14,190 bases of DNA, taken from the IMG/VR virus record IMGVR_UViG_2534681697_000026, one strand, 5' to 3'. The notes under the pieces are model-generated. The model worked only from the letters and a program-made list of their open reading frames with translations, did no database searches and was not told where the DNA came from. The position numbers were made by a program, and so were the translations under genes. Of the stretch, positions 8,334-14,190 are shown piece by piece. Position 1 is the first letter of the stretch. Every line of letters begins with the position of its first letter. Origin of the DNA: a virus. Taxonomy: Duplodnaviria > Heunggongvirae > Uroviricota > Caudoviricetes.

Positions 8334-9178
8334 TGCTCCGCGATTATCTTGATGGTTGTGGCAGTAAACGCCGCACCATTTGACTGAATGGTTAACGTGC
8401 TGCCATTTGTGACAAGAAAGCCGTCTTTATCCACGCTGAAGAACGTAGCTAACAAGATGTTATCGGTTGTTGTCGCCGCATTACGACTGCTGACCAACGT
8501 GTCAGGAACAGAGCCGGAAAAGGTTAGCTGCATTGACCTGTTTGCGGTTCCACTGGGCCACGTCCCGACAATCGACAACTTGAAGAACAAGGTTTTGTTC
8601 TCGTTGAACACAACCATCTTGTTGTTAACGGTGTCGAAGAATGGTGCCAACGAGCCGGATGACGGCGTGAGCGTTTTCAGCAGGCTAACAAGGTTAGTCG
8701 GCGCTGTCGGGATGGTTACAGATACGCCAGAGTAAACAACCTCTGACTTCTTGCGAGTAGTGGCATACTCCAGAGCATCGATGCGCGTTTCATGGTCTGA
8801 AAGCGTGTTTTGAATGGCGACAACTTCATCAGTCAGATAATCAATATCGTTTTCTGCTGTCGTTAATCGCGAATCAAGGCCGACTATCGCTGCTTCTGCG
8901 TTAGTGATCCTTGTTTCGTGGTCCTGTATCTTCGCTTCAGCTGATGCCAGTCGAATTTCGTGATCAACCAGAATCACATCCTGCTCATCGTTCCTTACCT
9001 GCGCGTCATAAGCGCCCTGTCCGGACTCGTTGGCCTTATTCACCACGTTACCAACATCAGTACCCTGTGCGATAACGTAAAGCAGATACGACTGCGAGAA
9101 GATATTGCGTGGAAGGATTGATGTATCGAGCCGCGTCGCCTGAACAATAACAGGTGTATTGAGATTCGAATCCGCCAT
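8330..9178 (-). CDS. tail needle protein (P22 gp26 family) with an extended C-terminal domain, 282 aa
   Basis: N-terminal [43 protein letters not shown]… matches the conserved gp26 N-terminal region followed by coiled-coil heptads; C-terminal about 130 aa is Thr/Ser/Asn-rich and unlike the short P22 tip. Confidence 0.8.
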   Translation of the reverse strand: MADSNLNTPVIVQATRLDTSILPRNIFSQSYLLYVIAQGTDVGNVVNKANESGQGAYDAQVRNDEQDVILVDHEIRLASAEAKIQDHETRITNAEAAIVGLDSRLTTAENDIDYLTDEVVAIQNTLSDHETRIDALEYATTRKKSEVVYSGVSVTIPTAPTNLVSLLKTLTPSSGSLAPFFDTVNNKMVVFNENKTLFFKLSIVGTWPSGTANRSMQLTFSGSVPDTLVSSRNAATTTDNILLATFFSVDKDGFLVTNGSTLTIQSNGAAFTATTIKIIAEQ

Positions 9179-10596
9179 TACTCAATCCTTATCTGAGTGC
9201 CAGACAGAGTGACAGGTGACTTCGTGATAATGCGCAATTTGAAGCCGACATTTTTCCTGATGCGCCCTACTCGCTTCCACAAAACGCGTTTGTCGTAAAC
9301 GAACGGTTCATTCTGCTCAATCATCTGCTCACGTCCGTAATTGATGCCGTCAGTGGTTGCAGAGAGGAACAGGCGGTCGGCGTACTGAGCTACGCCAGTG
9401 GATGATTCCACCTCCAGATCGAAGCATCTGGCGTTATCCGCTTTGAACAACGGAGTAAACAGCAGGTGTTCCTGCTGCTTGTCGTACTGGCTGCTGATAT
9501 CGAACTGCAGTTTCCCGGTCACGGATTCCAGCTTATCGCCGCACGTTATCTGATTGCCTTCGTAAATGAAGTCGATAGCGCGGTACACATCGTCATACAG
9601 GCCTGTTTTCAGCACACACCATTGCGGACCATTGGCGCTTGAAGATGCATCGTACACAAGGACGTGACGCGGAAGATGGATAATCAGCAACTCATGCGCA
9701 TCAAATCGCAGAGACTCCATCACACCATCAGCCAGTTCATCAGCAGTGTAGGAGCGAAGTATTTTCTCAATGCTCGCGCTGGCGATTGGTGATACCTGAC
9801 CGGAACCGATGATGTACACAGACGGCGCACCCGTTGCCGGGTTGCTGATGAAAGCATAGGAATCAGCAAACGGCGTTTTGCAGTAAGTCCCGGCGATGCC
9901 TTTTTGCACCATCAATGATGGCTGGGCGACATACAAAGCAGCACCAACGGTGGTTGCACCAGTCAGGGAGAAATATTCAATCGTCGATGAACCAAAGCAG
10001 ACGATGAAGTCTCGCCATGTCCCTATGCCGATGATGCCATCAGGCTGAGATTCTGCGCGATATTGTGCGCTGTATCGGTCAGGATGTGATTCGTCTTCAA
10101 GGTCAGTGATAAACCATGAATCAGTACCGTCTTTTGACCACGCATAACGCCCACGTAAGCGCGTAATGTCACGAACCGAACCTAGCTCATACTGAGTGAA
10201 TCCGCTATCTGTAGGCCAGTTTGAGACGGTTTTAATCGTGCCATCATAGCGATACTCGACCAGTTGACCATTAACACCTATCGCCTGAGATGTACGACCA
10301 TGCGCCATTGATACGCGACCACTTCCGGCGACGTCACCGACTTCACTTTCTCCTTTGTACAGCTTGCCACCACACACACGATAAACAGCATTCTGCGCCA
10401 TGTTGTACTCGACGCCGCGAGATACACCGTTCACATCAGAGCGTTTGGCAATGCCAGGGAATGAGCGAAGATATCCGCTGCTGTTCAGGATTTCTTTGGG
10501 TGTAGCCAGCATATTCACTGGCAGATAGTCGATATAGTCGGCGTTTCGAAAGTCTTTGCCGACACCTTTCATAAGCGGAAGTTGCTGAATAGGCAT
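9178..10596 (-). CDS. P22 gp10-like tail accessory (portal-closure/tail hub) protein, 472 aa
   Basis: Same length as P22 gp10 and correct position between gp4 and gp26; stop overlaps the tail needle start (ATGA). Confidence 0.85.
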   Translation of the reverse strand: MPIQQLPLMKGVGKDFRNADYIDYLPVNMLATPKEILNSSGYLRSFPGIAKRSDVNGVSRGVEYNMAQNAVYRVCGGKLYKGESEVGDVAGSGRVSMAHGRTSQAIGVNGQLVEYRYDGTIKTVSNWPTDSGFTQYELGSVRDITRLRGRYAWSKDGTDSWFITDLEDESHPDRYSAQYRAESQPDGIIGIGTWRDFIVCFGSSTIEYFSLTGATTVGAALYVAQPSLMVQKGIAGTYCKTPFADSYAFISNPATGAPSVYIIGSGQVSPIASASIEKILRSYTADELADGVMESLRFDAHELLIIHLPRHVLVYDASSSANGPQWCVLKTGLYDDVYRAIDFIYEGNQITCGDKLESVTGKLQFDISSQYDKQQEHLLFTPLFKADNARCFDLEVESSTGVAQYADRLFLSATTDGINYGREQMIEQNEPFVYDKRVLWKRVGRIRKNVGFKLRIITKSPVTLSGTQIRIE

Positions 10597-10604
10597 TTAT
10601 TCAC

Positions 10605-11087
10605 CTATGAATTTGGGATATCGCCATCAATCAGAGGGAGATCGCCTGGATAATATCGGTCAGATGTGAACACGTCATATTTATTACCCTGTCCTACAGG
10701 AAAATCTCCACGTCGTCGCATTGAAGGAACAACCAGAGTGTCGGTCATCAAGGCATCATATGAGCGTTGGGCGTTACTGAGAACTTGCGGAGTTGGCTCA
10801 AGGCTGTAATCAGATAGCATTCTCAGCAATAACTGATAGCCTACTGCGTGTTTGTATTTTCTTGGAAGACCTGACTCATCATCTGGTAATGGCTGCTCAT
10901 CTCCAGTTGCGAAAGCGTAACCAATGTCGCCGGGGTTAATCATCCACTCGGACATCATATCTTCCAGATCATTTACACCATCTTCAATTGATTGCGGCTC
11001 AACATCAGTCAGCGATGCATTAGAAGCAATAGCAAACTTACGAAGCGCAAAAAGGACGATCTCACCCTTTGTCAGTACTGTTGCCAT
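10605..11087 (-). CDS. P22 gp4-like head-to-tail adaptor / tail accessory protein, 160 aa
   Basis: N-terminal [42 protein letters not shown] resembles P22 gp4 (…[34 protein letters not shown]…, from memory); first gene after the coat-like gene. Confidence 0.85.
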   Translation of the reverse strand: [160 protein letters not shown]

Positions 11088-11247
11088 TGTCTGCCGCCTT
11101 ACGACCTCGCTTACTGGTCGGTTTCAATTCATCAACTGAGGCAACAAAGCCCAACTTTTCGAAAAACTGGAAGTCTTTTTCTGCGATAACGGCCTGTACA
11201 TGCCCGGATTCGTTATCTGCGGCAAGGAATACACTCATGCGATCCAT
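11062..11247 (-). CDS. hypothetical small protein (61 aa) between coat-like gene and gp4
   Basis: Good RBS (TAAGGAAACAAT-ATG) directly after the coat-gene terminator; overlaps the gp4 start by 26 nt in another frame. No recognisable motif. Confidence 0.3.
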   Translation of the reverse strand: MDRMSVFLAADNESGHVQAVIAEKDFQFFEKLGFVASVDELKPTSKRGRKAADNGNSTDKG

Positions 11248-11257
11248 ATTGTTTCCT

Positions 11258-11284
11258 TAAAACATAAAAGGGGCGTAAGCCCCT
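11258..11284 (-). terminator. rho-independent terminator/attenuator hairpin after the coat-like gene
   Basis: Minus-strand sense: GGGGC-ttac-GCCCC followed by TTTTATGTTTT, starting 6 nt after the coat-like gene stop. Confidence 0.55.
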
Positions 11285-11289
11285 TGTTA

Positions 11290-12306
11290 TTACGGATTAC
11301 CGAAGAACTGACCGCCCATGTGAGGGTTAAAGCACACATATGCAGGCAGTAAGTCAAAGCGCATTTTTTGCACGTTGGCATCGCCATCTGCGTATTTATG
11401 TACGCGGATGGAGAAACCTTCATATGTTGCAACAGCAGAATCAATACTGTGCAGTTTCGGCAGTGGGATAGAGCCAAGTCCACAGAAGAACTTGTTATAG
11501 AACAGGTTTGGCTTCATTGTCTGGCTAGCAGTGCCTACTACAGATACGGCATCGTTTGCCGCTACCTGACGACTTACAGAGTTGTACTGCGGGTTTGTAG
11601 TGTCATAAATCGGAACACCAGAAAGCGTAACCGTCACATTGCCACTGCTGTCTGAATTAGCATCAGCAGTAACCGTTGCAGTGAAGCTAATTGGTGTGGC
11701 TCCGTTATACAACGCCTGTTTGGTCTGCTGTTGCAGCCAGTAGGTATTGGTGAATTTAACCTGATCACCAGCTTTCAGAAAACCTGTAACGCTGGCTGTC
11801 GCTCCGGTCAATGTTACAGTGAACTGGTATGAGTCTTTAACTGCGTTATAGGTAACAGTTGGCTGTGTTTTGACTGTCAGTGTTCCGCCAAATGCCCCCT
11901 GCGTACGAGAGGCAAGCCCATTAGACATCAGTGCGCGAATGCCGCCAAAATTGGTTGGGATCTGTGCATTCTCCCATGCAGTACGAACCAATTGATCTGA
12001 AGCGTGCAAACCAGTCTGCGCATCAGCAAGTCGCTGTGCAGACCATGGATCCATTACAGCATAGTTTTCACCTTCATTAACGCCGAGGTCTTTCAGGAAA
12101 GATGCCGTCTGCGCAACATCAGACCATTTGGTGATTGGAGTATTGGGGCTACCAAGTGACAACGCACCGTTATTCATCATGAAGTGAGCAAGCTCTGTTT
12201 CAAGGTCGGTAACGATTCGCTGGCGAACCGGCGCGAGAATTTCTTCCAGTTGGTTAAGCTTGATCGCTTCCTCCAGTTGCTGATATTCAACAACAACAGT
12301 GATGTA
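11290..12306 (-). pseudogene. major capsid (coat) protein-like gene with Ig/telokin-like insertion, 5' end disrupted by IS copy B
   Basis: Track ORF 11290-12180 (296 aa) has no RBS at its Met, and the frame stays open for 42 more codons upstream, right up to the IS boundary. Position immediately upstream of gp4; C-terminal part has beta-rich Thr/Val repeats and a layout reminiscent of the P22 coat C-terminal half. Confidence 0.5.
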
Positions 12307-12366
12307 GGCTGTGTCCCTTAATCATCTGAGCTATAGTAACTGTCTGTTTACACAACATATTGAACT

Positions 12367-12816
12367 ATGGCTCGCTACGACCTTCCCGATGAGGCATGGA
12401 CCATCATCAAGCCCCTGTTACCTCCTGAACCCGCCACACCACGGGCCGGACGCCCATGGGCTGAGCACCGTAAAATCATAAATGGCATGTTCTGGGTGTT
12501 ATGTTCCGGTGCACCATGGCGCGATTTACCCGAACGATATGGGTCATGGAAAACTGTTTATAACCGCTTTAACCGATGGTCAAAGTCAGGCGTGATTAAT
12601 ATTATTTTCAACAGGTTGCTTTCGCTACTTGATGCAAACGGCTTTATTGACTGGTCTGCCACCGCGCTGGATGGCAGTAATATCCGGGCGCTGAAATGTG
12701 CCGCCGGTGCTCAAAAAAACATCCCGATATCGACGGAGATAATGGGCTGGGTCGCTCTCGCGGCGGTTTTGGCACCAAAATCCATCTGGCAACAGACGGA
12801 AGTGGCCTCCCGTTAA
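12367..12816 (+). CDS. IS5-family transposase OrfA
   Basis: Identical 149-aa product to copy A orfA. Confidence 0.8.
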   Translation: MARYDLPDEAWTIIKPLLPPEPATPRAGRPWAEHRKIINGMFWVLCSGAPWRDLPERYGSWKTVYNRFNRWSKSGVINIIFNRLLSLLDANGFIDWSATALDGSNIRALKCAAGAQKNIPISTEIMGWVALAAVLAPKSIWQQTEVASR

Positions 12817-13211
12817 ATATCGTGCTAAGCCCCGGACAAGCTCATGAAAGCCAGTTCGCGCAACGACTTCTGGACGGGATTGGCGTTCAGCGTCAGAACG
12901 GCAGCATGAAACGCCGTGGACATGCGGTACTGGCTGATAAAGCGTATTCAGGGCGCGCATTGCGCAACGAGCTGAAAAATAACGGTATAAAGGCAGTAAT
13001 CCCCCGAAAGTCAAATGAGAAAATGGCATCGGATGGACGTGCACAGCTTGATCGTGATGCGTACCGCAATCGTAATGTCGTTGAACGGTGCTTTGGGCGG
13101 CTGAAAGAATATCGCCGCATCGCCACGCGTTACGACAAAACGGCGAGAAATTACCTGGCGATGGTGAAACTGGGCTGCATCCGACTCTTTTATCAACGCT
13201 TACGTAATTAA
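12696..13211 (+). CDS. IS5-family transposase OrfB (DDE domain)
   Basis: 171-aa product, 2 aa different from copy A orfB; -1 frame relative to orfA. Confidence 0.8.
   Translation: MCRRCSKKHPDIDGDNGLGRSRGGFGTKIHLATDGSGLPLNIVLSPGQAHESQFAQRLLDGIGVQRQNGSMKRRGHAVLADKAYSGRALRNELKNNGIKAVIPRKSNEKMASDGRAQLDRDAYRNRNVVERCFGRLKEYRRIATRYDKTARNYLAMVKLGCIRLFYQRLRN
12714..12720 (+). other. A_AAA_AAC slippery heptamer, predicted programmed -1 frameshift site joining OrfA and OrfB
   Basis: orfA frame reads gcT CAA AAA AAC atc; shifting -1 at the A7 run gives …AQKK-HPDIDGDNG… and a fusion transposase of about 280 aa. Confidence 0.55.
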
Positions 13212-13348
13212 GGGACACAGCCTAGATGCCGCTATCAGATCCTCCACTTTGAAAGCGAAGCTTATACATATCTTTTACATCAGCAATCTATTGTTAATCT
13301 CCAATCAATGTTACGTTGTCATCTCACTCATGCTTTGGAGGTAGTGAT

Positions 13349-13528
13349 ATGTCTTGTCCAAAATGCGGTTCTGGAAATATTGCAAAAGAAAAAACAATGC
13401 GTGAATGGTCTGGTGATTATGTGTGCTGCGATTGCGGATACAACGACTCTAAAGACGCATTTGGAGAGCTTGGTAAAAACGAGTTTGTCAAAATTAATAA
13501 AGAACGCGAAGGCAACGAAAAAAGCTAA
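13349..13528 (+). CDS. small zinc-ribbon protein (59 aa), CxxC…CxxC
   Basis: GGAGG Shine-Dalgarno 7 nt upstream of ATG 13349; MSCPKCGSGNIAKEKTMREWSGDYVCCDCGY has two Cys pairs; Lys/Glu-rich tail. The track start at 13316 lacks an RBS. Confidence 0.5.
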   Translation: MSCPKCGSGNIAKEKTMREWSGDYVCCDCGYNDSKDAFGELGKNEFVKINKEREGNEKS

Positions 13529-13593
13529 TTTATTTATTCATATATGAAAACAATGTAACCAATATTCGAATTGAAGAACTGAAAGAACACCAA

Positions 13594-13616
13594 GCCGCCT
13601 GATGGCGGTTTTTTTA
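13594..13616 (+). terminator. rho-independent terminator
   Basis: CCGCC-tgat-GGCGG stem-loop followed by TTTTTTTT. Confidence 0.5.
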
Positions 13617-13629
13617 TTTGGGGTAGTAG

Positions 13630-13845
13630 ATGGCTGCAATTCACATTGTATCAATAACATGCAATGCAATTCAGATAGTTGCTTGCATTATCTTTGTTTT
13701 CTCAATCCTTCGCTCCCGACGATATTCTCCAGCAATTAACCGACATCCTGCACAGGTTGAAGCCGTCAGGATGGCTATAGAGTTACGAAATGAGATGAGT
13801 AAGGCATTACTGGAGATGGGGAAACCATTCACTGACAAACATTAA
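13630..13845 (+). CDS. hypothetical small protein (71 aa) with hydrophobic N-terminal segment
   Basis: ORF begins just after the upstream terminator with GGGG 6 nt before the ATG; N-terminal IVSITCNAIQIVACIIFVFSIL could be a transmembrane helix. No recognisable family. Confidence 0.3.
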   Translation: MAAIHIVSITCNAIQIVACIIFVFSILRSRRYSPAINRHPAQVEAVRMAIELRNEMSKALLEMGKPFTDKH

Positions 13846-13922
13846 GAGTGTAAATAAAGAAATCACACCGCCTCACACTCGATGAGGTATTTTCATTTAT
13901 CAAGATATCCAGACCTACCATC

Positions 13923-13945
13923 GCCGCATCAATGCGGTTTTTTTA
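13923..13945 (+). terminator. rho-independent terminator
   Basis: CCGCA-tcaa-TGCGG stem-loop followed by TTTTTTT, about 75 nt after the stop of the 71-aa ORF. Confidence 0.5.
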
Positions 13946-13989
13946 TTACCTGATTTGCAGGTTCGATTCCATATTCGGAGATAGCACTC

Positions 13990-14190
13990 ATGCAACACGA
14001 ACTACAACCTGATTCACTGGTTGATTTGAAATTCATCATGGCTGATACTGGCTTTGGTAAAACCTTCATCTATGACCGGATTAAGTCCGGCGACCTGCCA
14101 AAAGCCAAAGTTATCCACGGGCGAGCAAGATGGTTATATCGTGACCATTGTGAATTCAAAAATAAGCTCTTAAGCCGCGCCAATGGGTAA
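13990..14190 (+). CDS. AlpA/Vis-type prophage regulatory protein (small HTH regulator/excisionase-like), 66 aa
   Basis: LKFIMADTGFGKTFIYDRIKSGDLPKAKVIHGRARWLYRDHCEF fits the AlpA family pattern (L..TG.s.sTIYr.i..G.FPkp.k.G.r..W); GGAGA RBS; complete ORF ending at the window edge. Confidence 0.65.
   Translation: MQHELQPDSLVDLKFIMADTGFGKTFIYDRIKSGDLPKAKVIHGRARWLYRDHCEFKNKLLSRANG

Larger units (their letters stand above)
12307..13222 (+). mobile_element. IS5-family (IS427-group-like) insertion sequence, copy B, 916 bp, flanked by TA
   Basis: Same 16-bp inverted repeats and ORF layout as copy A but opposite orientation; TA at 12305-12306 and 13223-13224; a few substitutions relative to copy A (for example OrfB Cys to Arg at two positions). 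Confidence 0.85.

Noticed and set aside
8010-8735. Plus-strand ORFs 8010-8387 and 8388-8735
   Set aside because: Antisense to the gp14-like and tail-needle genes, which have strong operon context; no RBS.
6419-13222. Segment between the two IS copies already inverted, or a functional composite transposon
   Set aside because: gp7 halves on either side of copy A are collinear and in frame, and all phage genes keep one orientation, so no inversion is evident; the TA flanks are uninformative because every end has TA.
13308-13547. 79-aa ORF in an alternative frame overlapping the zinc-ribbon ORF
   Set aside because: The zinc-ribbon frame has the RBS and the paired CxxC motifs; the alternative frame is Lys/Leu-rich with no RBS.
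1-14190. CRISPR array, tRNA/tmRNA or rRNA genes
   Set aside because: I saw no regularly spaced direct repeats and no obvious cloverleaf-like GC-rich 75-90 nt segments at the island edges; a tRNA scan was not run, so a missed tRNA cannot be fully excluded.

Overview
Mosaic, IS-riddled accessory region. Reading left to right: (i) the 3' end of an Rhs core gene (1-723) whose C-terminal toxin tip is replaced by a complete IS2 (721-2051) with no 5-bp target duplication; (ii) a short AT-rich plus-strand cassette (2128-2930) encoding a P22 Mnt-like ribbon-helix-helix repressor, a small lipoprotein and an overlapping Gln-rich protein; (iii) a minus-strand P22-like virion module in canonical order coat-like / gp4 / gp10 / gp26 tail needle / gp14 / gp7 / gp20 / gp16 (2945-12306); (iv) two near-identical 916-bp copies of an IS5-family (IS427-like) element in inverted orientation, one splitting gp7 (6419-7334) and one cutting the 5' end of the coat-like gene (12307-13222); (v) an AT-rich right flank (13223-14190) with three small plus-strand genes, two followed by terminators, ending in an AlpA/Vis-type regulator. 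No tailspike, portal, scaffold, terminase, integrase, tRNA or CRISPR array was seen, so this looks like a defective P22-like prophage remnant wedged between an Rhs element and another island. The most interesting candidate for something undescribed is the Mnt-lipoprotein-Gln-rich cassette in the immI/sieA position. All protein assignments come from reading the translations against remembered family features and P22 gene order and sizes; no database search was run.
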